Assembly (NCBI GenBank): GCA_963708075.1
Contig: OY970194.1
Location: 2,112,001 to 2,176,000, forward strand
Direction of reading: 5' to 3'
Length of the DNA stretch: 64,000 bases
From: Sedimentisphaerales bacterium
GTDB taxonomy: Bacteria > Planctomycetota > Phycisphaerae > Sedimentisphaerales > Anaerobacaceae
A program made the position numbers and the translations under genes. The number at the start of each line of letters is the position of its first letter. Positions within the stretch are counted from its first letter, which is position 1. Shown here piece by piece: positions 1 through 12,311 of the stretch. Under the pieces are notes generated by a model that worked only from the letters and a program-made list of their open reading frames with translations, had not been told where the DNA came from and made no database searches.

Positions 1-537
1 ATGCCGCCATGCCTGCACGTGAAGTCGATAGTCCTGCACGGGGGTCGAGGGCGCCACCGGATGACCCCACGCACTGCCAAGCCACTCGACACAATGGCGG
101 TACCTCGGATCATTGGTAATCGTCCGCAGGCTGTCGAAGACATCCCGCAAACCCATGGCATGCAGGCCGTGGAGCAGCGTGCCGGAGTAGTCGAGCATGA
201 CGCGCGGCTGCCTGCCCTCCGCGACGAGCCGCGGGATGAACTCCCCCATTCGCTTATAACACCAGTGAAAGACCGCGGCATTGTGGTTGTCGCCCACGTT
301 TGGATGATCCATCATGTACTTGAGATTGCTGATGATCTCGGCACGTTCAAGCTCCTGGTCAGGGTTGGGGATCAGAGGCTGGTGCATGTGCAGTGCGACG
401 GCGTACGCGCTCTTGACACGTCCCCAATCAATCCCGCTCTGGTCGCACGGGCGTGCCACCCGCGACACGACCTCAGCGATCATTGCCTCCGAGCCACAGA
501 TGTTCGGCAGACCATCCACGTATTCAGGTAGGTTCAT
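1..537 (-). CDS. Glycoside hydrolase family 57-like protein, N-terminal part (runs off the left edge)
   Basis: Not in the ORF track. Manual translation from ATG 537 gives MNLPEYVDGLPNICGSE...YAVALHMHQP...MLDYSGTLL...EWLGSAWGHPVAP, containing the GH57 HxHQP motif. Frame is open to base 1. Confidence 0.85.
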   Translation of the reverse strand, partial: MNLPEYVDGLPNICGSEAMIAEVVSRVARPCDQSGIDWGRVKSAYAVALHMHQPLIPNPDQELERAEIISNLKYMMDHPNVGDNHNAAVFHWCYKRMGEFIPRLVAEGRQPRVMLDYSGTLLHGLHAMGLRDVFDSLRTITNDPRYRHCVEWLGSAWGHPVAPSTPVQDYRLHVQAWRH

Positions 538-727
538 TGAGTTACATACTACCGTCTCTTGAGGTGGTTCGGGAAGCATTCAGTAGAGGGAATCACTCGC
601 TATGCGCCTTTACCAACGCCTCTGTGATCGGTCGGAAAGACGCATCCCCCGCCAAAGACTCGTGCCAGAATGGCCCCAATGAGACTTCGTCCGTTTCTGC
701 GCATGGTGCAGACCTCAGTGGGATTAT

Positions 728-3265
728 TCATGGACCTCTTGTCTCGATCCGTCCGAGGATGATCCCGTCCATCGGTTCCAGGGTTACTCGTTGCACAGCC
801 TCGCCGTCGTTGTATCGCTCCGCCGAGAAGACGTGCAGTGCATCGGCCACCAGTACCCCGCCGCCGCCATTCTTGAGCCGAACACAAGGTTTATCTTGCG
901 GAGCCAGGCTCAGGTCCGCGGCGATGGTATGCCACTGATCTCCGGCCTGGCTCTGGTCCAGTGTTGCGCTGGTGACTACTTTTCCTGCGATCAGGACTTC
1001 ATAAGCCGCCTGCTTCGTCCACTCGTTCGCGTCCGGCGCCGCCGCCCACCAGACCTGAATCGTGTATTGTCCCGGACCGCGTAAATCAAGGTCCCACGTT
1101 GCCTCCCCTGTGCTGCCCGTCAACTCGTGGCAACGATTGTTCCAGGCATGGTAATACGGCGGAATCGCATGCCATTCCTTGGTGCCCAGCTCGATCTCTT
1201 GCCACGGGCCCGTGGTCTGGAATCCCTCGTTCCCACCGTCATCCAGGATGTATTGGTACTTGGGCGCCTGCTCGCCCTTGAGATGCGTGTAGCCATCCCC
1301 AACATCCACCGTCTGGCGCCGCCGGGTGCCGTTGAGCAACACCAGGCCATGCTGAAAGTCCCGGCGGAAGACCTCCTCTCCCCGCTCTTTCAAGGAGACT
1401 TCATCGATCCAGACCTGTCCGGTTTCTCCACCGAACAGGAACTGGATTCGCGCGTCCTGCACCGTCCTTCTGGCTTCGAAGGTCAGGGTCACAGACTGCC
1501 ACTGCGTCGTCAGCGGCACAGTCTGGCTCAAGCCATAGTTGTCCCAATTCGGCGAGCCCTTGGAGGAGATGACCAGGAGTTCCATCGGCCGGCTGGCCCT
1601 CGCCCAAAATGTTGAATTATAGCTCTTTCCCTGTTCCAACGAACGTCTGGATTGGGTGAACTCAATCCCGCCTTGGCGACCGGCCCCGGTGATCGTGATG
1701 CGAGCGGCCGCCTCACCGCTGTACTTGACGCGCGTGTCACGCTCGGCCTTCGCCGCACAGCCGTTCTTTGTATCGCACCAGAGGCTCCAAGTGCCCGCAA
1801 GCTCGTCTTCGAAGCCGCCGTTTTGCATCAACTCGTGATCAGCAGCCTGATTCATGGCAATTCGCTGCGCCGGCCCAAGGGGTGTTCCCAGCTTGTAGTC
1901 CAACTCGTCGTACCACCAGTCCTGGCCGTGGTCCGTATCGCCCAACTCATGGCTGAAATAACCGTCACTCATCAGGGTAAAAGCCAGTCCGAATCGCATG
2001 TAGGGATAGTAATCCCTGGCAAAGTCCCAAGTGGTGATCGGCGTGTGCTTCTGCGGGCTGTAATCATAGCCGTAGGCAATCTGGTCGGGCACCGCCGACT
2101 CCACCGACGTGATCGCCGGCTTTACGGTCACTGTGCACCACGCGCTGTAGTAATCCCAAAGCTCGTAGAATGCCTTCTTCCCCTCGATCACATCGGTGGT
2201 ATAGAAGCCGATCCCCTGGCCATTGAAGATCTCCGCGATTTCCGGATAGGGATAACCTTGACTGTGCCCGCTGGTCAGCGCCCAAGGCATCAACTTGCGC
2301 CATTCCTGCAATTCGCGGAAGACGCCGTCGCGCCACGCCTTGTCGAAGGCATCCTTGTCATCCGGCTTGCCGTCTCCGTCGGCGTCCAGTTGCACGGGCC
2401 GGTCGTAGATATCGTGAGTCAACCAGCGTTGCGACATCATGAAGTTGTCAAAGAAGCACCCATCGTACATCAGCCCGCTCTCGATCATCTTCTGGTACGC
2501 GTAGCGGGCCTGATACTGGGCCACCTCCGGCCGGGTGAGGTTGAGCCGATAGGCCCCGGGCCAGACCTCGATCTTCCGGCCGGTGGTGTCCCGCAGGAAA
2601 TACTCGTCCGGGACATCGTTATTTTCCACCGTGTTGATCGAGGTCAAGATGAAACAGTTGGGATTCAACCGGCGCAGCTCGCGGATTTGATCGGCGGTGA
2701 AGTGCGCGCCCAGCCAAAGGTCGATACGAGAGGCATACGCCATCCCCTTGAGGACAAAATGCCACGACCCCCAGAGATTGGCTACGCGTGGGAAGCCGGG
2801 CTTGGCCGCAGGCAGACAGCGGTACTGCAAATGCAGCACGGCATCAGGAGCCGCAGTGCAGCGGATGTACACGTCATTGACGATGGCAGGGTCGGGGTTG
2901 AGTCCGCGAAGGATCGTCTTGGGCGAAGTCGATGGCTGCTGATCGTCAAACGCAATCATCTGGTCCAGCGGCTGACTGCGTCCAAGGCTATACCGGCAGG
3001 AGGTGGGCACGGAGGCACGAAGGGTAAGCTCGACCGTGGTCGCGCCGGCATCCAGAAGCGTGCTCGGAGGTTGGGGATCGCTGAGGGGACCGGCCGTGAA
3101 CATCTGCTGGAAGTCGAGCGGCACAAAGACGCGCCGATTCGGACTGGTCCGTGGTCGCTTGCCGGCCTTGTCGTCCTGAGCAGCGGAGATCGGCACTCTC
3201 ATCAGGAGAAACACGACGGTGAATACAAGAATCGCCCTTTGATTCATACGAGTGACCTTCCCCAT
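728..3265 (-). CDS. Secreted putative glycoside hydrolase (GHL15-like TIM barrel, CBM4/9-like module, golvesin/xanthan-lyase C-terminal-like module)
   Basis: 845 aa; signal peptide; YDGCFFDN; MRFGLAFTLMSDGYF; WWYDE; NGGFE..W..IDEVSL CBM pattern; C-terminal DQS..GDQW..ADA module. Confidence 0.75.
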   Translation of the reverse strand: MGKVTRMNQRAILVFTVVFLLMRVPISAAQDDKAGKRPRTSPNRRVFVPLDFQQMFTAGPLSDPQPPSTLLDAGATTVELTLRASVPTSCRYSLGRSQPLDQMIAFDDQQPSTSPKTILRGLNPDPAIVNDVYIRCTAAPDAVLHLQYRCLPAAKPGFPRVANLWGSWHFVLKGMAYASRIDLWLGAHFTADQIRELRRLNPNCFILTSINTVENNDVPDEYFLRDTTGRKIEVWPGAYRLNLTRPEVAQYQARYAYQKMIESGLMYDGCFFDNFMMSQRWLTHDIYDRPVQLDADGDGKPDDKDAFDKAWRDGVFRELQEWRKLMPWALTSGHSQGYPYPEIAEIFNGQGIGFYTTDVIEGKKAFYELWDYYSAWCTVTVKPAITSVESAVPDQIAYGYDYSPQKHTPITTWDFARDYYPYMRFGLAFTLMSDGYFSHELGDTDHGQDWWYDELDYKLGTPLGPAQRIAMNQAADHELMQNGGFEDELAGTWSLWCDTKNGCAAKAERDTRVKYSGEAAARITITGAGRQGGIEFTQSRRSLEQGKSYNSTFWARASRPMELLVISSKGSPNWDNYGLSQTVPLTTQWQSVTLTFEARRTVQDARIQFLFGGETGQVWIDEVSLKERGEEVFRRDFQHGLVLLNGTRRRQTVDVGDGYTHLKGEQAPKYQYILDDGGNEGFQTTGPWQEIELGTKEWHAIPPYYHAWNNRCHELTGSTGEATWDLDLRGPGQYTIQVWWAAAPDANEWTKQAAYEVLIAGKVVTSATLDQSQAGDQWHTIAADLSLAPQDKPCVRLKNGGGGVLVADALHVFSAERYNDGEAVQRVTLEPMDGIILGRIETRGP

Positions 3266-3277
3266 TATACTTGACCT

Positions 3278-6199
3278 TCATATGGCCGAATCGTAGTACA
3301 GGACCGCCTCGAAGTCATCGTCGAGCGTATCGCTCAAGAAGAGACTCTTCAGTTGAGGATTCGCTTCACAGGTTCTCAAGGTTGAGCCGGCCGGACCAGC
3401 CGGGCTGGCGTGATGCCGGAGTTCTGGCGGCGCCGTCAAGCAGTGCCCAGTGAGCCACGCGCACGGTCTGAGTCTTCAGTTCTCCCTCCACCACTTGCTT
3501 CACCCGATACTCACCCAAAACAAGCGCCTCACGATAGGGAGCGATCTCCGCCAGGGTCGGAACTTTCGACAGTTTGATCAGTTCCGCGTCGATGACGAGG
3601 CGCGCTACGGTCGGACGCGGGGCGGCAATGCGCTGGTACGCTTGGTGCTCGCGTTTCACTTGCTCCTCATTCAGCGCCCGGGAAAACACCGCGACGCCTT
3701 CGAGAGTTCCCGACCAGTTGCGTTCGCCGTTCCATTCATCGCCGAACAGCAAGTGGTGCGGCGTCCAGTTGCTGAAATCGCCTTGAACGGCGGAAGTGTC
3801 GAGCACCTTCGCGCCATCCACATAGCACAAGAGATGTCCGCCGGAATAGGTGACGGTGACATGATAGGTGCGATTGGCTTGCACAGAACAAAGTTCTGTT
3901 TCCGGGTTTGTCCCGTTCGGTCCGGTCTGCGTGGTGCGCAGGCGCAGGATCAATTTGTCGCGCGTCTGGCCCAGGGTGAAATTCCTACTCGAAGGGTCCG
4001 AGGAGAAGGTCACGATACGCGCGGGGCCCTCCTGGGTGACGTTGGCGGGCGTGAGGGTGGCCTCGATGCTCAATGCATTCGACGCGCGACAGGCGTCGAG
4101 CAGACGCGCATCGGCATCTGCCGCGGCACAGGAACCACCGTTGAGCAGCAGAGCAGAATTGTGGTCCAGGCGGGCCGCGTTGCGCCGTGTGACTTTGATG
4201 ACGCCCGGTTTTCCGGTTGCCGGATCCACGGTGCTGACGGCGACGGCAGCCGTGCGCCAGGCAAAGAGCAGGCCATTGCGGTCGGTGGGCCATTCCGTTG
4301 GACGGACGACAATTTCTGTCGGGGGCATGGTATTTGGGTGCTGGGCCAGGTCGCGCACGCCGGTCAGTTCAAAGGCGGCGTCCTGCTTCAAGTCGGCTTT
4401 CAGTGTAAGGACAAGCCTCTGCTTGTCGATCCGCCGATCGGCGACCTCAATCCCATTCGGCGCACTAACGCGCAGCTCGGGAGTGCTGATCGGCTCATCG
4501 AACTCGACGACCACATCGCGGTCGCCTTGCAGATTCACGGACTGGACCTGCGGCGGCTTGGCCGGGCGGACCCGGACACGACCGCGCAGCGTTTGGCCTT
4601 CATGTGTTGTCTGCACGTCGTAGTCGCCTGGGGCGATGAAGGTATGCTCCGACCGGGGCGCCGGTCCGGAGTCGTCGCCGAAGTCCCAGGTCCACTGCCC
4701 GGAGGTCTTGTCGCCCTTGAGGTCCAGGGTGAAGGCGCTTCGCCGACGTGCGTTCCAAGCTCAAAGTCCGCCAGAAAGACATCAGGATAACGGTCGGTGG
4801 CCTTATGGAAGCTGTAGCGGACCGGATTTGCAGTCAGTTCCAGGGTCTCCGGATTGGCGGGAGCGACGAAGATGTCGTAGTCGGATGTGGCATGGTCGTG
4901 CTGGTCCGGTGATGCGCCGAACGTGAAAAGGCGCTGGCAGCGGGAGAACATGGGGAAGTAGAGATAGGCCCGGTCAGCAGGCAGGCGGCTATCATGTAGA
5001 TTGATAATGGGGCTGACCTGGCGGGTGCCGAGCCGAATGCGATTGATCGGGCCACCGCCACCGCCCATCCAGAATCCCCAGACGCCATCGGTGGTGAAAT
5101 ACGGCATGCAACCGCCGAGAGCGGCTTGCTCGTTGATCGTGCCGCTGGCCGCATCATAGGGACTGAACGTGGGGCTGCCGGTGGTGGCGCAGGTCATGGT
5201 CCGGTTGGGCAGCCAAAGTCCGCTCGGCGGCAGCCGCTCTTCCTTGCCGGTTCGAAGGTTCAGCTTCGTCGGGCCCTTGCCCGCCGGGAGGTAGATCAGG
5301 TTGTCCTCGTCAAGCCAGACAGCCGCGCGGTCGCCGCCATAGGTGCGGGCGTTTACGGCGATCTGCTTCAGGCCGGAACCATCGACATTGATCACATACA
5401 GAGGGATGCCGTCCGGGGCATCCTCACGCCAACTGATCATGAGGGCGTGAGGAACGCTCACGTATACCAGGCGGGTGCCGTCGGGGCTGATATGCGGAGC
5501 TATGTGGTCGCGGTCCGTTTCGTCGGGCGTGACCTGGCGCAGGTCGGAGCCGTCAAGGCGGCGATGCCAGATGCGCCAGTTCCCGGTACGGTTGGATTCC
5601 CAGACCACGAAGCCACGGCCGAGTTTGGCCATTCGCTTCCACTCTTCCGCGGTGCCTGGAGGAAGCTTGTCCTCGGCGGTCCCGCCCAGCTCCACGCCGG
5701 CATAATACATACCCCTCAGCCCGGTGCCCTTGGTGCCCTCCGGCCAGATGTCGGGAAAGAGGTACTGAGTTGGGATCACTTGTTTCTCGACGCCGGGACC
5801 CGCCCAGAGGAGTCTGGCGACAGCCGCGCCGGTGTTCTCGTAATACTCGATGCGAATGAAGTGAGGCCTCCCGCCCCACAGCTCAATCTGACCCTGGTTT
5901 TCGGTTGTGCCGTGGTCAGTCCAGTTGTCAATCACCGGAGAATCGTCCACCCAGAGCCGTATGCCGTCGTCGGAAACCGTGTAGAACGTGTACTTCCCAT
6001 CCTGCGGCAATCCGACTGACCCGGTCCAGCGGACGGAGAAGCCATCGGCGGGCACACCTTCACCGGGCGAACCGTCGCCCCAGTCAAAGTCGACCAAGCT
6101 GTCCGTTCGCGTAAGAGCGGGCACAGCCGCCTGCAGATCACACGGACAGAGGAGGGTGCACAAGGCTGACATAAAGATGATCGCGACGTGATACTTCAT
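3278..6199 (-). CDS. Secreted PA14 + TolB-like propeller + PKD + Ig-like + LamG-like protein, split by two single-base frameshifts (~4735 and ~3373)
   Basis: ORFs 4535-6205 and 3366-4616 join as GEAPFTLDLKGDKTSGQWTWDFGD (PKD). PA14 motifs FSVRWTG, SDDGIRLWVD, IRIEYYEN. A second shift restores LETCEANPQLKSLFLSDTL...SAI* ending at 3278. Confidence 0.8.
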
Positions 6200-6212
6200 G
6201 AACACAGACTCC

Positions 6213-7259
6213 TCACTTTTCGCCGATTACGGGAACGAGCCGCCAGCCGCCCGAGGCCTCGGTGAACTCGCGGGCGCTGAAGCACCAGATGACAAGTTTC
6301 TTGCCGGCCAGGCTGTCCTGGCGGCGCATCAGGTTGATCCGTGCGGGGGTGGCGCCGGAACCGCGCACGCCGATGACATCTACGGGGAAGCCGAGCTCCA
6401 GCGCAAGCTGGTCGGCCAGACCTGCGCCGGTCCCGTGCATATCCTCGCCGGCGTGAAAGACGAGCGTGTGACTGTCGCCCAGGAGAAGGACAGGGCTGTC
6501 TCGCCAATCGGCAGGCGGAGCGCCGGATTCGTCGGTGACAAAACGTTGCCGGAGCGTTTCCGCAGGCACATTGCCTCCCACAATCGCGGCGAGGTCACCG
6601 GTGATCTTCTGTTCGCGCTGCTCGCTCTTGAACTTGCGGGCGGAGACGCCGGCGAGCCATGGTCGTGCGCGAATGTCTTTGGCCAGCAGCTCAGCGGCCA
6701 CCTCGCAACCGCGACCGGACCAGTGCGAGTCGGTCATACAGTACAGGGGCACGGTTTCATCCGCGCGGGCGGCTTGAAAGGCAGGAGCAAGGTCGAGAAC
6801 ATTCACGCCATGCCGGACGCACAACTTGAGGAATTCATCGTCGGCGCCGGCTACGCCGGGATCCCCCGGCCTTGGAGCGTGTACGTCGAGCAGCTTGTCG
6901 GGATAAATGGCGGCCTTGGCCGGAACGGGCATGAGGATCAACTCGACACCGGCCTGTTTGAGCTGCGCCTGGAAGTCCAGAATGGCGGGCAGCGGGTCCG
7001 CAGCATCCTTACGCGCAGAACGGCTCACGGCGGTGGCCGTGTCGCCCCAGAAGGGCCCGACGCCGAGGTGGCGCAGCTCGGCGGTCAGGAAGAGCCAGCC
7101 CTCCTTGCCGGCGATGGTGGCACGCTGGCCGGCTTCGGCCTTGGCGGCGAGCGAGGCAAATTGCGCAGCAGCAGGCGACGTACTTCCGGAGGCTTCGGCT
7201 GCAAGGCAGCACGCGATAAGGTAGACACCGGCAATCGAGAGCGCGACTATCGTTTTCAT
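6213..7259 (-). CDS. AlgJ/AlgX-like SGNH O-acetyltransferase
   Basis: GKEGWLF, PVPAKAAIYPD, TDSHW, LLGDSH motifs; downstream of an MBOAT gene. Confidence 0.85.
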   Translation of the reverse strand: MKTIVALSIAGVYLIACCLAAEASGSTSPAAAQFASLAAKAEAGQRATIAGKEGWLFLTAELRHLGVGPFWGDTATAVSRSARKDAADPLPAILDFQAQLKQAGVELILMPVPAKAAIYPDKLLDVHAPRPGDPGVAGADDEFLKLCVRHGVNVLDLAPAFQAARADETVPLYCMTDSHWSGRGCEVAAELLAKDIRARPWLAGVSARKFKSEQREQKITGDLAAIVGGNVPAETLRQRFVTDESGAPPADWRDSPVLLLGDSHTLVFHAGEDMHGTGAGLADQLALELGFPVDVIGVRGSGATPARINLMRRQDSLAGKKLVIWCFSAREFTEASGGWRLVPVIGEK

Positions 7260-8916
7260 TGGGTCACCTCCTCGGCCCAGAACGTGGGCAGAAGTAACAG
7301 ATCCATGTCATCGAGTTCAGCGCGGTTGTAGGTTCCGTACTTGCCTTCAACCTCCGCCCAGGCGCGCAGGCGGCATTGTACCTCGCGGCCAGGCAGCAAG
7401 GAGGAAACGGGCAGCCATTTGTTGTCCTTCATTCCCATCGCGTAGACGAGCAACTCGTCGTGGCCGTCGCTTGGCGGCAGGCCGCGCACCTCGGTCAGGT
7501 GAATGGAGAGGACGCAATCCTTGTACGGCACGGAGCCAGGCTTGGGCAGGCGGCCAATGGCGCCGATTCGACCGCGAATGATGAGTTCACCGCCTGGTGC
7601 AGTAATCTGGGCAACCTGCAGTGCCCGCTGCGGAAGATCGAACAGCCTCCAGTCGCCAAAGGCCAGTTCTCGATTGGCGAACTCGTAGATCACCACGCGT
7701 TTGCCGGCCAGCCGATCGCGGCCGGCGGCCATTTCGCGCACCAGCTCCTGCTGGGTGGTATGGGCGCCGCCGGCGTTGATGACCAGGCGGTCCAGCGGGC
7801 GGCCCAGCGCGGCGCTGAGGTGCTCGGCAAAGCCGGCGCTATCGCCCCAGCCCATCTCCGCGAGGGAATAGATGTTGTTGAAGCTGTCGCCCATGACGAG
7901 GACATCGGCGTGCTCGTCCGGTTGCCACGGGCTACCGTCAGCCGCGACCACGCGTGTGATCGAAGCTGTTTCCGGCGGGAAGGATGACTGGTTGTTCGGC
8001 AGAGCGAGCATGACGGTGATATCGCCGCTGTTGCGAATCGTGGTGGGCAGGTATCGCGACGGCCTGGAGGCGATCGGCCGCAGCAGGTTCCTTTCGGTCA
8101 GCCACGCGGCCAGGCCGGCGGCGACGCGCTGCACGGCGGCAGGCGACCAGTGCGTGTCGGTCATCAGATAGGCCGGGGTCTCATGTTTCAGATCGGCGAG
8201 GATTGGCGCGGGTCGAAGACGAGGACGCCGGCGGCGGACAACTGGGACTTGAAAGCTTCGAACGAGGGATTCTGGACGACCTCGTCACCGGCCTGCGGCG
8301 GCGCGAGCCTCTCCGAATAGATGCTCTCCTTGCCGGGCACCGGCACGACGACCAGGACAATTCCACGCTCGGCCAACTGGTGATGGAACTGAAGGAGGGC
8401 TTTGAGCGGGTCAGGCTGGGGTGGCGGGAGCGACTTGTCGGCGTCACGCAGGCGGCGACGCTGCCACTGCTCGGTGAGGAAACCCGGGCCGGTGACACTG
8501 TCGACGCTGGCCCGGTAGAACAGCCAGCCCTCGCGTCCGAAGTACACCTGCTCGTCGCCGCCGTGCAGCAGGGCTTTGACCACCCAGCCCACCCAGGGTG
8601 TCAGGGTGCGTGAGACCAGTGAAGCGTCCTCCATGTTCTCTTCGAAGGCGCGGATCTGGTGGGCGGTAGGCACGAGTGCGAGAAGGTCCGCAGCGGAGTG
8701 AACTTGCTTCAGTCTGCTAATGGCTGTGGGCAAGGTGGAGAGGCTCTCTGTGGTTGGAGCAGACGCGATCCGATTCGCCAATGTCTGCACGCATGCCGGC
8801 AGCGCGGCGGTCACCAGGAAGATTGCCAGCAGCACGCGCGCCACGATCGGGTGAACCTCGGTGTGGCCGAGTTCGATCTTGGCGACCTCTTCACGCGTAA
8901 GCCTGGCATCACCCAT
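7256..8916 (-). CDS. AlgJ/AlgX-like O-acetyltransferase with an extra C-terminal domain; single-base frameshift at ~8209
   Basis: ORF 8188-8916 (GREGWLFY, PVPGKESIY) and ORF 7256-8164 (TDTHW, MGDSF) join as FDPAPILADLKHETPAYLMTDTHW. Confidence 0.85.
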
Positions 8917-8923
8917 CGTATCC

Positions 8924-10372
<1,449 letters not shown>

Positions 10373-10512
10373 ACTCTTCCTACTACGTGGATCCTTGCAA
10401 CACGAATTCCGCTCCTCAAGAGACTGAGCAAGCTGGTCGTCAATTCCAACTGAGCAAGCCTACGCAGGCAGTGAGCAGTAATAGCACGACGCGCCAGGAG
10501 TGTCAAGGCGAT

Positions 10513-10700
10513 TCAGCAGCTTCTTTCCGTCATGCTTGACCTTGTCCTCCCGCAACAACCAGTGATGAATGAGTCGTATGTCCTGTGTCTACTGTGGCGC
10601 ATGTAGATCCAGTATACCTTGCCCGGCTGGACCAGCGCTCTGGCAAACACATCGGGCGGCAATGGGCTTGTGATGGTCTCTTTCGCCGGCTTCATGTTCA
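10513..10700 (-). pseudogene. Probable short gene remnant
   Basis: MKPAKETITSPLPPDVFARALVQPGKVYWIYM reads like an internal piece of a glycosidase C-terminal domain, then degenerates. Confidence 0.3.
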
Positions 10701-10726
10701 GGTGTGGGCGTGACCAACGGTTGACC

Positions 10727-12289
10727 TCATTCCGGAATGGTGTCGCCGGCCAGTTCATTCAGATAATTCTCGACGTTGGTGTACCCGTTTGGCCCAACGG
10801 CTGCTCCGTCACGGGCATCGTCGGGATCGAGGCCGTGCGCTTTCTCCCAATCATCGGGCATCCCGTCATGATCCGAGTCAGCAGGAGGTGAAGGTGCCCC
10901 ACTTGCCAGATCAGGCCATGGCCCGGTGGTGGTAACACGGTAGGTGCCGGTCTTGTCGCGCACGCTCCTGATAATACGCTGATCAATGGCGTCGCGCGAA
11001 GGCTTGCATGCGCCCACGGAGGCCAGCACTTTGTCTAACAGGTCGGAAACGGGGTCCAAAGTAATCGAAGGTGTCGAAAACGGCTTGGCGGCGCCGTACT
11101 GCGCCTCGTCCACCAGATGTGTGCTGCCGTCGTGGTTAAGCTCGTAATAGTCCCACGTGTTGACGCCGTGTCCGATCCAGTCGTTCGCGCAGCCGGTCGG
11201 GCAGCGAGGCCCCCAGTTGCCGGCTAAGTACAACCTGGTTCCACCCTCCTTGGCGGGCGAGCCGTCGATGCGCACCGGGCCGCCGTTGCCCACGTTGAGA
11301 TAGGGGTATCCGCTTTCCGGTCCGGCCAGCCAGAGGTTGTTGACCACGTTGCCAAAGGCCGAAGTGTTGAGGGCGAACTGCCCGAAGACCGAGGCGTTGT
11401 TCCCGTTCCAGTTGTAGATGATGTTGTTCCGAAAATCGAACACGTCCGCGTGCTGCATCAACGGGGTTCGCGAGCCCAGGTTCGCGTACAAATTGTGGTG
11501 TAGGGTGACGTTTTTCGGGGCGACGCTGCCGCCGATATGACTGCCCATGTCCGCCTCGGCAATGATGTTCCACTGGAATGTCGCTCGATCCAGATAGGAG
11601 CCGTACCAATCCAGTTGCGTGTCCGAACCCCAGGAGACAGAGCAATGATCGACTATGACATCGTGGACGCCGGGTTCAGCCGTTCCGTAGAACAGGATGT
11701 TGTTGCCGGCGTCGTGCTTCATGTTGCCGCCCATGCGAACGCGCAGGTGGCGCAGAATGATGTCATGGGCGCCGTTGACGCACCAAACGCCCCAATCGCC
11801 GTCGGGCTGTCCCGTCCCCTTGATTTGCACACCGCCCGGGGAGGTTTGCCCGGCGACGGTGAGATAGGGCGTGCTCACCCTGATCGCGTCTTTCAATGTG
11901 ATCGTTCCACTCACTCGAAACACGCAAATGCGCGGTCCCGAAGCCTCCATCGCGCTGCGCAGGCTTCCCTCCCCCGCATCATTGAGATTGGTCACTTCGA
12001 TGACTCTTCCGCCGCGGCCGCCCACGGCATTGGCGCCAAACCCCTCGGCGGTCGGGAAAGCCCTTACGGGCAGTGCCGCCGCCACGGCCCCTGCGAAGAT
12101 CAAGGAGCAGAGCGCAGCGACAGGAACGAAAGGACCAACACACCTGAGCGATAGCAGGCGTTGCCAGGTGACCGCCAGTACTTCCCTTAGCGGAATGCGT
12201 AAGTATTGCCAACCGTTCATTCCCAGTTGCTGCGCTAAACACTTCTCGGTCATGGCTGAGATTGCGATCAAAAGCCGTCTGTTCTCCAT
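10727..12289 (-). CDS. Pectate lyase (PL1-like)
   Basis: AFPTAEGFG..GGRGG.VI.VTNLND.G.GSLR, AGQTSPG, VDHCSVSW, C-terminal DSDHDGMPDDWE...YTNVENYLN. Confidence 0.9.
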   Translation of the reverse strand: MENRRLLIAISAMTEKCLAQQLGMNGWQYLRIPLREVLAVTWQRLLSLRCVGPFVPVAALCSLIFAGAVAAALPVRAFPTAEGFGANAVGGRGGRVIEVTNLNDAGEGSLRSAMEASGPRICVFRVSGTITLKDAIRVSTPYLTVAGQTSPGGVQIKGTGQPDGDWGVWCVNGAHDIILRHLRVRMGGNMKHDAGNNILFYGTAEPGVHDVIVDHCSVSWGSDTQLDWYGSYLDRATFQWNIIAEADMGSHIGGSVAPKNVTLHHNLYANLGSRTPLMQHADVFDFRNNIIYNWNGNNASVFGQFALNTSAFGNVVNNLWLAGPESGYPYLNVGNGGPVRIDGSPAKEGGTRLYLAGNWGPRCPTGCANDWIGHGVNTWDYYELNHDGSTHLVDEAQYGAAKPFSTPSITLDPVSDLLDKVLASVGACKPSRDAIDQRIIRSVRDKTGTYRVTTTGPWPDLASGAPSPPADSDHDGMPDDWEKAHGLDPDDARDGAAVGPNGYTNVENYLNELAGDTIPE

Positions 12290-12311
12290 AGGAGTTTTCT
12301 CCTCTCTTCAC

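Noticed and set aside
1..531. Plus-strand 176-aa ORF
   Set aside because: Antisense shadow of the GH57-like gene on the minus strand
600..731. Small ORF coupled to the GHL15-like stop codon
   Set aside because: Only ~43 aa with no recognisable motif; cannot be supported
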